Of a DNA stretch of 64,000 bases, positions 45,772-60,671 are shown piece after piece; positions within the stretch are counted from its first letter, which is position 1, and each line of letters opens with the position of its first letter. Made by a program: the position numbers and the translations under genes. The DNA is from the human T2T-CHM13v2.0 reference genome, Homo sapiens. The stretch lies in NCBI RefSeq assembly GCF_009914755.1, contig NC_060935.1; one strand, written 5' to 3'. Under the pieces are notes generated by a model. That model searched no databases. It was not told the origin of the DNA and saw nothing but the letters and a program-made list of their open reading frames with translations.

Positions 45772-46645
45772 AACTTCTGCCATACTCTATTGATCAAAAT
45801 AGTCAGGACTTTCTATAATATTATGAAAAGGCAGAAAGGGAGATTGGATGGGTACTGGGGATTGATTAGCCACAGTCTTTGCCACAGACTCTTTTGGACT
45901 GAGCCGATAGGTCAAAGGTTAGCTTATGCAGTAGCATGGGCTGTAGGTTTTTTGCACTGATCAACACCGGAACTTTTAGAAGACTTTTAGAAGATTTGTT
46001 GCTGCTGTGAGTGACATCAGTTCACACAGCCTGAGAGAGAACTCTCAGTCCATGCTGTCCCTCCGTGGGCTCACTCAAGCGAAATGGGTCGAGCTGCAAC
46101 ACTGTGCGGTGCCAACCGGGAGAAATCTGCCTATCGGGGCTGAGAGACATCCTGTAGTGGCTGCCCGTCTCCTTTGCCCCAAATGTCAAGTGGAAGAGGT
46201 GCTTCACATATTTATTTCTTCCTACATGGGCTCATTTATTGTAAGCCCATTGTGACCCTTGGAAAGCCAAGCTTTTATCTTGATTTTGGAGTGTGATCAA
46301 GGTGACAGTTGTTCTCCGGATGACAGGAATCTGACTTTGGTTTTGCTTTTTCCATAGAGGTCAGTTGGCCTCAAATTTGGGCCAATTTGCATCTGGAGGA
46401 GACCTCCAAGGACAGATGCCTTGTCCTCATTAGCTAATTTGTCAGGCAGTCTTTCCTGTGTGGCACAGAACCTTTTATAGATTTTTCCTCAAACTCGTTT
46501 TGGTTGGCCAGTGCCTGCCTGCCTTTCTTTCTGGAAATGTGCTGTGTATTTGTGGGGACGTGACTCCATGGTGCGTCTCTCTTCCCAATACATTCCCTTT
46601 CCCCTATCCACAGCCCTGTTACTTCTGTCTTTCTTCCACTCTCAG

Positions 46646-47140
46646 TGCAGCAATTTTAAAGTACATCCACAGATTCTTTGGCACTCCTACCTTTGAGAGG
46701 TACAGACTGTGTCCCTACTTCTGGAAACTGGGCCAGCTATTGTGACTATTTTGATCAGTAGAGTATGGCAGAAATGATGCTATGTGATTTCTACGACTAG
46801 GATATAAAAGGCGACATGGCCTCTTCCATGTCCAGAATACCCCTCTTGAGAGCTTCAGCCACCATGTGAATGTGGTGCCCTGAGACTGCCATATTGTGAG
46901 GAAGCCCGAACTATCTACACAAAGAGACCCTGGAGAGGCCAATGAGAGGAGAGAGATGCTTGGGCCACCCCTGGCTGCTTCAGCCACTGCTGTCCCAGCT
47001 GCAGATACTGTCTGACTGCAATGACTTGTGAGACCTGGAACCAAAACCACCGCTTCCTTCTCAAATTCCTAAACCATAGAAACTGTGAGAGATGATAAAG
47101 ATGGTGTTAAATTTGGGGATGATTTGTTATGTAGTAGTTG
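46646..47140 (+). mobile_element. MLT1-type MaLR LTR
   Basis: ccacagattctttggcactcct...aaattcctaaaccatagaaactgtgagagatgataa...tttggggatgatttgttatg. Confidence 0.7.
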
Positions 47141-48623
47141 CTGATTGGAACCTCAGTCAGTAAAAAGGCATCTCCTTGCTGCATCGTCAGTGTGCTCGTC
47201 TTGATAGAGAAGCTAATAGTAGGTACCCATTTTCAGAGTCTTACTTTTCCTAGGGGCAGCTCGAACCTTTCACTGGACCCCCGCTTCCCAAGAGAGCATT
47301 CATGTGGCCCTTGTGTTCCTGAACTCTGTCAAAGATGACCACTCCCTGAGGTTGCACACGAAGGCCAGAAAGGCTACTGACCTCAAGCTCTGCTGTGTCA
47401 TGTTTCTGTCACACACAGCTATTCCTTATCACCCCACGGTCACATCCGCAAAAGGACGCCCCAGTCCCTCCTCACCTCAAGCATCATCCAGCGAGGCTGT
47501 GTATGGTGCTTCTGATGGAAGCTGAGCCTGAGTCCCTGATCCCTCACTTCCTTGGCATGAGACTGAAGCCTGAGATACCTTTACTTTCTCTGTGCCAGGC
47601 CTGTGCTAGGCATGGAGGATATGGAGGAGAACATTAGATGTGAGAAAGTTTTTAAAAATAAAGTCCTTCTGCTTTGGGTATAAATCTCAGGAGTAAGCTA
47701 GTTTTGCAAGGCCTCCCCCTTACCTTAGCATGTATATTAACATATTCATGATATAAAACATTAAGAGCCCAGGTTCTGGATAGGTCAGGCAACAGCTGTA
47801 CCACTTAGTAGCTCTGTGATTTTGAGCAAGTTACTTAACCACTCTGAGCTTCACAAAGGCAACCAGGCCTGCCTCTAGGATTGCTGGGAGGAAATGTGAG
47901 AAAGGCTGTCCAGCACTTAGCAGGTACTTCTAAGTGTGAGTTCCATTCCCCATGGACCACCATTCCCCTATATAACCAGCAACCATCAGAGCTACCAGCC
48001 CAAGCCATTCCATCTTTCGAAAAACACCAAATTGAAGAACCAGATGGGTTCCCCAGTGTACTCTGTCTCTGACAGCTGACAAGGGTTTTCTTTTTCCTGC
48101 CTACCAGCAAGAAGCCAGCGTCCCAGCTTGGTTCCATCTGGTATCTTGCTTCCTGGCCTAACAAAAAAAGGAAATACCAGTGGAATGTTCACATATAGCT
48201 GGGGGTGAAACCGACCCTCTTCCAGGAAGGCGGGGATGGGGGGATGCTCATAAGGCGCTTCTATTGTCTAAAGTGCCCACTATAATAACTCCCCCAATTG
48301 TGTTCAGAGAAACTGTATTACAAATAACAGAGCTGAATCTCGTATTAGCCTTTGTTAATTCAGTGTTAGGCACCTGGGATGCATCCTTGGACAAGAGAGA
48401 CTCCCTGCATTATGTGGTTCTCTTCATTTCTAGTGATTGGCACCTCAGATATCAAGGGAGGAGACTAAAAAAATAAAAAATAAAAAAATAAAAAAATAAC
48501 AACTGGCACTAGTTTAAAAGCCACGTGTAATTCTTGATTAGTTTTCTTGATTAGTTTGGGGAAATTAACCATATTTTGATTATTTATCAGGACAAAGACT
48601 TGCCTTGTCATTGCCTGAGTAAC

Positions 48624-48955
<332 letters not shown>

Positions 48956-49819
48956 TGCCTAAGTAATCATTTAGAGCAAAAGTTGTGAGGTAGAATCTGG
49001 AAGGAAAGGGAGGAAGGAGCCTCTGAGATCAGTGATCCATTCTAGACAATCACACTTTGAGACATTTGGCGTAGATGAGTCACCTTAGACTAATTTATGG
49101 TGTGTTTTCTATTAGAATTGCAAAATTCTCACACTTGCAGGGTGTTAAAATCTGACTTCACATCATATTTAATACATACTATATTTAAAACTGGGATATG
49201 AACTGAAACAAAAGCAAAAACTAGAAAGAACTACACTCGTTTGCTGACTTCTGAACTGATCTTGGGTTTGGCCATTGTCATTTTCATTTCCACCACTGTG
49301 ACTCTCTGTATCTCAGTAATGTATTTTGGATCTGAACCATTCCATGGATTATCAGAATTATTAAACTAGGACAAACCTAAAACATCGGAACACCCCAGCA
49401 GAGCTGGAACTGAACTGGTTGTTGCCTGGCTCCCTGGTTCCCACCCAGCGTGACAGTGTGATGGGCAGTGTGACAGCCGTGGCTGCTGTGGTGTCTGCAA
49501 CTGAGCTTCCACTTCAGCTCTGCTCTGATTCAGGAGCAGTGTCAGTGATGGCCTTGATGCCTTAAATGGTGGCTTCTCCGCTATGCCAATCCTTCAGCTC
49601 CTAATATGGTGGTAAAATTCAGATTATTATGTAAGATATCTATAAACATTGGTGGAAAGAGCTGGAGAGTGGAAATAAGTGTAATCAGGGCTCTATGGGG
49701 CAGAAGTTATCAAAGGAGAAGGCACCAAGGCCAGCATCAAGGTGTGTTTGGAGCTAGAAGAGTTGCCCTGGAGAATATCTAGTTATAGTGATCCTTAACC
49801 AAAGGTGGTGGAAAAATGT

Positions 49820-50000
49820 GGGGCTGAGAGAGGGCATTTGGAAATGTGGATGGTGAGTTCCACAGTGTTGGCGTAGGGGTGGAGATGTGATTGGCATTTA
49901 ATCATAGGGTCAGGGAAACTTAACATCCTCCATGATAGGGTAGTCTTACAAAGCAAAGAATTGTCCCACTCCAGATACCAATAGTACTCTGGTTGAAAGG
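49820..50000. mobile_element. MER3-like hAT element
   Basis: gggcatttggaaatgtg...ggcattta...aacatcct...caaagaattgtccc...ccaatagtactctggttga. Confidence 0.6.
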
Positions 50001-50294
50001 TGTTAGACCAACTCTTTTGTTTTATAGAGGAGAAAATGGAGACCAAGAGAGATGATGTAATCTGTGCAAGGTCACACAGCTAGGAAATGGCAAGAACTGC
50101 GAATGGGAACCTGGTTCTTTGGACTCTAAAACTGAGGTCTGTTTTCATCATGCTCCTTGTTAAGGGGAAAAAATTAACTTATGGTGTAGTGATTAGAGGG
50201 AAACGTCTGCATGGCATTGTATATGGTATCAGCACATTACTACTGTGCCATTTGACACACATGTCTCCAAACAGAAGTGAGAAAGTAAGAGTGA

Positions 50295-50326
<32 letters not shown>

Positions 50327-50343
50327 AGGAGGGAGAGAGAGAG
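50295..50343. repeat. (GT)n(GA)n microsatellite
   Basis: Read directly. Confidence 0.9.
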
Positions 50344-50449
50344 AAAAAAAATACCTCATTTTCTGCCAAGTAGAAGCCCTAAACTGAACTGGATTCAATT
50401 TGGGGGTCCTGAGCACCACTACAGAAGGTATCAGTCAATAAGTATATTA

Positions 50450-51920
50450 TTTTGTTTTAGGGTTTTTTTAACAGCTTTATTTAGATGTAATTAATATACC
50501 ATATTAATTCCCCCATTTAAAGCACACAATTCAATGTGTATTCACATAGTTAGACAGCCATCCCCACTGTCTAATTTTGGAACATTTTAATTACTTCAGA
50601 AAGAAACCCCCATACCCACACACAGTCATTCCCTATGAACTCCCTGCACCTTTCCTTCAGCCCTGGGCAGCCCCAGTTTGATTTCTGTTTCTATGGATTT
50701 GCCTCTTCTAGAGATTTTATAGTGATAGAGTTATATAATATGTGTTCTTTTGTGACTGACTTCTTTCACTTAGCATAACGTGTTCAAGGTTCATGTAACC
50801 ATGGGTGTCCTACCTTTTGGCTTCCCTGGGCCATATTGGAAGAAGAATTGCCTTGGGGAATTGTTAGTATAGTAAAATACACTAACAATAGCTGATGAGC
50901 TAAAAATAAAAAATAAAAAAGGTTCGTCCGTAATTTTCTTGATATCCACCACAAAAGATAAGCAAAAAAGTCCTCACATTCAAAGAACACTCTTGATTCT
51001 AACCTACAGTATGTATCAGCTTCTGGATTTTTTTCACTTTTTGGCTATTATGAATAAGGCTGCCATGCACATTTGTGTGCAAGTTTCTGTGTGGACATAT
51101 GTGTTCATTTCTCATGAGTTTATACCTAGAAGTGGAATTGTTGGGTTATGTGGGAACTCTGTTTTAACTCTGAGGAACTGCTTTCTGCTATTTTGGACTG
51201 TTTTCCAAAGCTGCTACATTGTTTCACATTTTACATTCCTACCAGCAGTGCATGAAGGTTCTGACTTCTCTACATCCTCACCAGCACTTATTATTCTCTG
51301 TGTTGTTTTTTTTTTTGAAGACAGCTATCCTAGTGGTGTGAAATAATATCTCACTGTGGTTTTGATTTGCATTTTCCTAATGACTAATGATGTTGAGCAT
51401 CTTTTCATGTACTTATTGTCACTTGTATGCTTTCTTGTGAGAAATGTCTGTTGCTGTCCTTTGCCCATTTGTTAAGTTGAGGTCTTTTGATTGTTGAGTT
51501 GTAAAAGTTCTTTTTTTAATTCTTCAGACAATTCCTTTATCAGATACACGATTTGCAAATATTTTCTCTCATTCTGAGTTGTCGTTTCACATTCTTAACA
51601 GCATCATTTGCCACACAAAGGTTTAATTTTGATGAGGTCCAACTCATCTATTTTGTTGTTATTATTGCTTGTGCCTTTAATGTCATATCTAAAAACCATT
51701 GCCTAATTCAAAGTGCCAGAGATTTACTCTTACATTTTCTTTTAAGAGTTTTGTAGTTTTAGCTCTTATTTTTAAGTCTGTGATTCATTTTGAGTTCATA
51801 TTTATGTATGGTGGGAGTTACGCATCATTCTTTTGCATGTGGATGTCCAGTTGTCCCAGCATCTTTTATCGAAAATGTTATTTTTTCCCTCACTGAATTG
51901 TCTTGGCACCCTTGTCTGCT
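50450..51920 (-). mobile_element. L1MB-like fragment interrupted by a MER30-like element (~50800-50990)
   Basis: Antisense L1 motifs (ttcacttagcataa; ttacattcctaccagcagtg; gtggttttgatttgcattttcctaatgactaatgatgttgagcatc). The insert begins gggtgtcctaccttttggcttccctgggcca. Confidence 0.8.
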
Positions 51921-52520
51921 GTTTTAAATAAATACACTGCATAGACTCCCTTGGCTATATTTCTAGTCTGGAAACAAATACACAAGTAGTGTGTGATTGT
52001 CTCTGTCTTCATATTTAGTTGGGACAAGCCGAAGCTGTATGATGATATAACAGGCATTTTTTTTTTAAATGGTTAGATCTCTTCTTCACTGAGTGACCTT
52101 ATAACACCACACACGTCTCCTGCAGAGAACCAGTGCCAATCTCCTTCACCAGAATATTTTCTGCTCCACAGATAGTGATAGTTGTAGCAGTAGTTGTACT
52201 CATTGGAAACTGTCCTGTGAGTGTTTAGTATGTGCTAGGCACTCTCCTGAGCACTTTATGCATATTATTTATTTAAACCTTGTGAGATCTTAGACTAAGT
52301 TAGCACAGGGAAAAAAGGAATTTGAAAAAAAAAGAAACCTTGGGGGAACCTCATGAGGCAGTGATGAGTATCCACGTTTTACCAATGAAGAAAATGAGAC
52401 CCAGAGGCATTAGTTAATTTGCCCTGGGTCACTCAGCTAGTAGGTGAAGGGGCCAGGTTTGAACCCAGCAGCCCACCTCCAGATGCCAGTCTACACCTCC
52501 AGAAGTGAGACTAAACTGCC

Positions 52521-52868
52521 TGCTGTGGGTCTGAATGTTTGTGTCTCCCGCAAATTCTATATGCTGAAATTCTAACCCCCAGTATGATTGTATTAGGAGA
52601 TGAGGCCCTTGGGAGGTGATTAGGTCATAAGGGCAGAGCCCTCATCGATGCCCTTAGAAAAGGGGTACAAGGGAGCACATTCTGTCTTTCCATTGTGCAA
52701 GGACACAGTGAGAAGACACTGTCTGTGAACCAGGAAATGGGCCCTCACCAGACCCTAATTCTACCAGGACTTTGATCTTAGACTTCCCAGCCTCCAGAAC
52801 CAGGAGGAATAAATGTTTGCTGTTCACCTGGTCCATGGTATTTTGTTAGAGCAGCCCCAACTAAGCCA
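52521..52868 (+). mobile_element. MLT1A/MST-like MaLR LTR
   Basis: tgctgtgggtctgaatgtttgtgtc...tgaaccaggaaatgggccctcaccagac...gacttcccagcctccagaac...aataaatg. Confidence 0.85.
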
Positions 52869-54536
52869 CCGCCTCTCTAGTTCACTATTCTGTCCCCGGT
52901 ATCCAGGGCATCATAGACACTCAACAACCATTCGTTGAATATGCAATTGGATGAAATGAATAAACGACCAGAGGAGTAATCCAGACAGAGCAGCAGTGGC
53001 CAAGGGAAGGGAGGATTGATTTATGGGAGAAAATTAGGGGAATGAAATCCATAGAAAGGATTTGCCTAAGTGAGAGTGATGACTGGAGCCAGAAGACACC
53101 CGGGGGAGAGGAATTGTTTCACATGGTAGGAAAAGGGGAGGAGGGAGAGAGGTGGGGTGGTGGAGTGCAGCCTCGAGGCTGGAATATAAATGAAGAGCCA
53201 CAGAGCTGATATTTCAGCCTGTGGAACAGTCTGAGGAAAGTATGGAAATGCCATCATGTAAGCACGTACACCCAGGGCATTCTACCCTGTCCTGTAAAAC
53301 AGCAAGGGCCCACTTTGTCCACCACCACAATGGCGATGGCTCCTGGGAAGGGTGCGCCATGAGTATCAAATTATTATGGTTCGGGAAAATAATTGCTGGT
53401 TGTGGAATTCTGGAGAAGTAGTATCGCAAAAGAGAGACATGCACAGAAGTGTTCAGGCAGGGAGAGCTGGTTTGTATAAATAAGAGCTCGATGAGCTATC
53501 TGTTATGATTTATGCTAGGAATCCATAGCCTCTGTGCTTCTCACACAGTACATAAACCCAAAAGGTCGCCTCTAGTTTGGAGTGGTGATGCTGTGCCAGT
53601 GTGGGAGCAGGCAAGGCCGTGAGGCCTTCTTCCTCACAAATCCAGCACCTCCCACCTGCCATCGGGTAAAGAGAGGGAGGGCACTGCAATGGCTGGTGTT
53701 ACTGAGCCCTCGCGGCATGCCAGGCACTGCTCATTCGTGTTTTACACCATTTCGGAATCCTTTGAGGAAGTTATTTCTATTATCACAATCCCCATTTTAC
53801 AGGAGGGGAAAGTGAGGTTAAGGGAGACAATGGGATAGGCATGAGGTCATCCAGTAAATGGCAGAGCCAGGATTCGAACCCACACTCTTGTGACCTCAGA
53901 GCCCAAGCTCTTAACTATGCCTTCCACAGACACAATCCATGCACCTTAGGATTTTTACCTGAGGTTCTTAGTTTGGTTTGGGGGACCAAAGGAACAAGTA
54001 AACAAGCAGAAAATGATGAGGAAGGGCTGTGCTGTGTGCCCAAGCGAGGAAGCAAAAGGATGGGCATGAACAATTTGTAGATGCCATCCAGAACAGAGTG
54101 GTCAAGGATTTGGAGGCTCAGTGCAGGGGGAGAAGTGGGAAGGGCTTGTGCTGTACACATGAGGGTTAGGAACTGATGAAGCCACCTCCCCAAGCCTCAG
54201 ATTTTCCATCTGAAAAATGGAAACAGGATTCATCTCCTTAATTGTGACTATCAAGTGTAATAACGTTGGTAAAGAGCTTAGCACAGGCTTGGCACATGGT
54301 AGGACTCCATAAATAGACACTGCAATTATTCGTTCTGTGGTTACTGCATGACGATGATGATAACAATAATAATTACTATTATTATTAAGCAGGAACTGTT
54401 TTAGGTGCTGGGAAACCAAAAGGAAAAAACTCCATCCCCAGCCCCTAGGAGCCTGTAGTCTAGTGAAGGAGATAAACTTGTGAACAGATAATTCCTATCT
54501 AACTGCTTGCTTCCTTTTCTATGCACTCATGGTACT

Positions 54537-55035
<499 letters not shown>

Positions 55036-56376
55036 TCAGCAGATACTTTCAAATGAGTAACCATCAGTGCTTATTTTTAAATGTAATATGATGTGTGCAA
55101 CACAAGAGTTGAACCCAGCCTAGAGCTCAGCTAATCGTAGCTCACCAAGCTTAGCTCCATTCTACAAGCTGGTGCAGGTTTGCCCTACCTGCTTTTCTTT
55201 CTCCTGGGAGCAATGTGCTGCCCCACAGCATGGTTTTCTCCTGGCAGTATTAGAAGTACAAAATCGCAAGCCCAGCTCTATAAGCATATTTTAAGCATCT
55301 GCTCATTTGTCCCATTGACCCCAAAGTAAGTCACATGACCAAGCCCAAGATCAGTGGGGCAGATAAATATATTCTATCTCCAGCGAGAGAGGCTGCAAGG
55401 TGGCATGGCCAAGTGCACGGGTGTGGAAAGGGTGAAGAATTGGAAACAGTTATGCCTCTTTCACAGTGAAGTTTGGAGGGGGAGTAGGCCCTAGCCACAA
55501 ATGTCTGCCCCTTGGCCTGGCAGATGTCCTGTTTTCCAGGAGTCCAGCCAGGCTGTGGCACAGTGCCGACCCCCTGACTCTTGTCCGAGGGTCTGTGCCA
55601 ACCACCCGGACTCCTAAAGTCCGGCTGTGGCTGTAGAGTTGAATATTGGCTGAAGCCAGGCTGCCTTTTATTGAGTCTGCCTCCGCCTCATTATTTACAT
55701 AGACTGTAAAATAAAGCTTAACTCAAAATTACCGTAAGTCAGCGCATCCGAGTGAAGCCGGCAGCTGGACCTTCACAATTGAAAGCAGACTAAATAAAAG
55801 GGGGAGGATGAAAAAAGAAGAGCTGCAAATAAGATGTCAGGGAATGCTTAATTATATAAAGGTTATGCATTTGCCTGCATAATTGTCCAAAGCAACTGAT
55901 GGCAACAGCTGGCAGAGAAGCTGGTCTTCAGCTCTATTTGTGTTTATCTGGTGCCTGTCACCATAATAGCTACAAGAAGTATTGATCACAAATTAATTTG
56001 GCCTCATTCCTTCTCCTTTTTGTCTCTACCCTTATCAGTCTCACTTCCCCTACTAAAACAGGAAGGCTGTTGAATACATGGAGAAAACTTGGAGTTTGTG
56101 GAGGCTGAGGCTACCAAGTATCATGGAAGCAATATACTATATGCCAGGCACTAGCATAGGTAGCATTTGTAACTGACTTTTTTAATAAAACAACCCTATA
56201 AGGTAGGTATTCTTATTCCTGTTTTACATATAAGGGTAGTGAGACCCAGAGAGATGAACTCATTTGACAAAAGTCACACAGCTTGGGGTAGCCTGGTGAT
56301 TCCCTTAACCACGGCTCTCCCAACTGGGCTCTGCAAGGTGGGTATTCTGGGAGTTTTTTCACTGCACCTGGAGTGA

Positions 56377-56788
<412 letters not shown>

Positions 56789-59700
56789 TAAGGGTCTTTG
56801 CAGGTGCTGTTACCTCTGCCTAGAACTGTGTTCCTGCAAGGTCACCCGTTCTACCTTAGCTGTTTCCCTCCTCACCCTTAGTATTATTGTTCACAGTGTC
56901 CAGAGTGTTTGTTCCAGGGCAGTTATCATACTTATCAGTTGTGCCTTTATGATTGTGGGTCTGCACTCTGATCTGTGCATTCCATGTAAGCAGGGATCAT
57001 ACTTGTTTCATTCACTTATGTGTACCTAGATCCTGGTACACAGAGGCAGTAGAGTGCATTAGAGCATGGTCTCTGAAAGCAACTTCCCGGGTTCAAATTC
57101 CAGCTCTGCCACTTATTGTCGACTATGTGACTTTTAGGCGGATGACTTTCTCTTTCTGTCCTCGTTTTCTCTGTCTGTAAAATAGGAATAATGATATTGT
57201 TGTGTAGAATGAATTAAGACATAAAAATGCTTTGTACAGTGCCTAATACGCAGCAAGCAGTACATGTTTCACTGCTGTTAGTCATCATGATTAAAATCAT
57301 TAGCACATAGTAGATAGTCAATGTTTGTTGAATGGATGAATGAATTTCTAATCGCAGAAGGGTAAACAGGCCTCAGCTGGTCGATGGGGTGAGTTTGTAA
57401 GCTCAGTGTGAGACTGCTCCATCTGAGATGACACGGTGATCAAAGGGTTGTTCTTTAAGGTGTGCTGATCTCCACTACTCGGCACCCAACTGCCCAAACA
57501 GTGCTGTAAGGTGAACAGATTTGGGAGACCACTTTTTGTGATTCCGTAAGTTATTTTGGTGGAGGTGGACAGAGTTTTGGTGGTGGAGAATGGTGTCTTC
57601 TTGCTCCTGCAGTGCACAAGATGTTTTCAAGCCACATGGAGGGTGTGGCTGGTAGGCTCTATGGTCCTGTTCCATCCCCTCCCATAACCCCCTCAACCTG
57701 ATCTGCTGCAAAAGGCTACCCCCCTTGGAAGGCAGCTGATAGAGAAGCTGTAGGCTTATGCTGGGACCCCACCAGGGACAAATGAGGCCGATTTGGAGAC
57801 ACTGTGGAACCAGGAAGTCAGTCTGCACATTGTGATCTGCGCCTGCGATGCTCCTCCCCACCCTTCACGTACAGTGCTGTTTGGAGGGCTCAGTCCTGCT
57901 TTCTGCTCTCCTCTTGCCTTTGGTTCTCCTTTGGCAGGATCCTGCAGGAAGCGTTAGAACCCCACCACTGCTCCCGATGCCTTGCTTCTGTCTGCTGCTG
58001 GTCCCCGCTGCCTGCACTGCCCGCCCCCTCATCACCTATCTCTGCTGGCCTCTCAAGGGCACTGCATTGTCCTTCAGTTCCTGGGCGTGAATCTGCTCAT
58101 CAGGCACCATTTACCTTCTCCAGCCCTGTGCCCTGTTCCTAAATCAAGGCTTACACCCACCAAGAGCAGGGTTTCTTTTATCCCACTGTAATCACTCCTA
58201 ATGTAATCAATATGCTCAGATCTCTTATTGGAGAGAGTAAGTTATCACCAAGACCCCTGCCAGCCCCATTTCAGCCAATTCCAGCATGCAGGGAAGAGGT
58301 TGAGGATTGGCCTTCGGTGTGGTCAGGGTCGGGAGGCTGGTCCCCAGAAGAAGCCAGTTGTTGGCTGTGCCTTTGGGGCAGCGGAGTCTGGAGCCCGGAT
58401 CATCCATCAGGGCTATCAGCCTTGTTTGGGTTTTTCAGTGGAAGCTCATTCACATATGCAATAATGGGATGCTGGGTGGTCTAAGTTGCCTTTTGATTTT
58501 TAGTCTCCGGGAACTCCAGTGTTCCTGGTGTTATTTGGTATGTCTGTGGCTTTAATTTCCTTTTTAATTTCTGTTGAAAGGAAGAAAGAACTCTGTGGAG
58601 TTATAATCTGCAGAGAACCTATGTTGTAAGACCAGTGGGTGTCCTGAATGGCTAAGTAATTAGAACATGCATAATCACCCAGAGTTAAACCCACTGCCGA
58701 GCAAGTGCATCCTGTGAACTCGACTGTGTAAACAAAATTGTGCAGAATCAGCCCAAAAGGAAAATTCAACAAATGTGAGCAGTGGTCATCCCTGGTGGTG
58801 GATTGTAGAGAATTTAATGTCTGGTTTTGCCCATTTTTCAGTTTTTTACACTGAGCACATTACTGTTGTGTTTTGAAAGAAAGACACGCATTAAAAAATA
58901 ACCAACACCTGTATTCTTGTCAACACTTGATCTTGCAATCTTAATATAGAAGACTGCAAAAAAATGACTGTTAGAAGCTAAAGATACAGGTTTAAGGAAT
59001 GTCTTTACTTTATTGTTTATATAATGAAATATTAATATAATAAAACTACAGATTTGCATATGGAATTGGGGTTAAACAGAGGTTTGAAGGATTATCAATT
59101 ATGAATAGTTTATGGTGAAAGTTACACAATAAAACAGTACTGAGAGGAAGGTGTTTTTCACTTATATATTTGAATTTATATAGTACATGCTGTTTAATCC
59201 TGGCTGGTTCCTTAAATCTCACTTTGTCTCAGTTTCACCATCTGTAAAATTGGGGTACTAGCCTGTTAGGTTATTTTTAGGAAGATGTGATTAATATTTG
59301 TGAAATTCTTAGAACAGGATTGGAACATAGTAGGTACTCAAGAAATGCTTGATGCTGCTGGGTTAGTCTTATTGTTGTGATACAGAGGCTTTGACAACAG
59401 TTTTTGCTCCTACATCAGAAGTAACAGTAGGTAAAGCTATAATGTTAGTTAACCTGAGTAGACTTCTTACCATGTCTGAGCCACCATGCTAAGTTTTTTA
59501 TTTAGGTTATGTCATTTGCTCCTCAAATCTGCTTCATATCAGTTTAGGATGTAAGGGCTCAGAGAGGTTAAGTGACCTGCCCAAGATCACACAGCTTGTA
59601 AGAATTTGATTCCAAAGCTCATGCTCTGAATCACTGTTTTATTACCTAGTATTGTATTTTTTGTTCTTCTGCAGGTACCCAAAATATGCACTTGCCTTTA

Positions 59701-60363
59701 CTTTCCCTGGGTCAAAGGTCCACCAGTTGAGGTGTTTTAATGCCCTTCCAAAGATATATGTTGGGAATTTCTCCAGCTGTTTCCCCAAAGCAGCCTCCTC
59801 CTGGTGGATGTACACCGAGGAGGCAGGAGCTACCCCACACTCACTGATCTGAGGCATCAGGTGGCCGGGAGGTTCATAACTCAACTGTTGCGTATTGATG
59901 GCAGAGTTGTTTTTACATATATATATATATATGTATATGACATGTAGGCAATTAAACTTAGAATGGGAACTGAAAGATGAAGAATTAATTCCCTGTTTGT
60001 TTGTAATACTGTGTGTAGGCAAACAATTAATCAGCATCTGTATAAATACCCTCCCCATAGGGGTCTGGCCCAGGGACAGGGAGCTCCTCTGCCTCCTGCT
60101 AGCTGGAGAATATTGGTCCATCTCACGCATTTAACCGCAATTTCTTCTGCCCAGCCTTGTGCTGGATGCTTCAACAAGTGAAGCTTACCAAACCACCATG
60201 CACAGATGCTCCCCCTGGGACTCGTGGGTAGAGATGCCAGAGGGTGCCATCATAAAGGACTGTAGAAGCCCGTGCACCTGGGAAATTGGACTTTATCTCG
60301 AGAGCAGTGGGGAGCCCAAAGGGCAGAACTACAATCCAGTTTTTAATCAGAAAAACCACTCTA

Positions 60364-60671
60364 GGCTGGGCACGGTGATTCATGCCTGTAATCCCAACAC
60401 TTTGGGAGGCTGAAGTGGGTAGATTGCCTGAGGTCGGGACTTCAAGACCAGCTTGGGCAACATGGTGAAACCCCATCTCTACTAAAAATACAAAAATTAG
60501 CCTGGTGTGGTGATAGGCACCTGTAGTCTCAGCTACTCAGGTGGCTGAGTCAGGAGAATCGCTTGAACCCAGGAGGCTGAGGTTGCAGTGAGTGGAGATC
60601 ACATTACTGCACTCCAGCCTGGGTAAGAGAGTGAGACTGTGTCTCAAGGAAAAAAAAAAAAAAGAGAGAAA
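60364..60671 (+). mobile_element. Alu (AluS-type) with TSD
   Basis: TSD agaaaaaccactctag / agaaaaatcaccctag. Confidence 0.93.

Noticed and set aside
42278-48557. Scattered 8-15 bp tandem micro-duplications (e.g. ctctgcaagttt x2, acttttagaag x2, ttcttgattagtt x2)
   Set aside because: These are ordinary slippage products expected in any primate intron.
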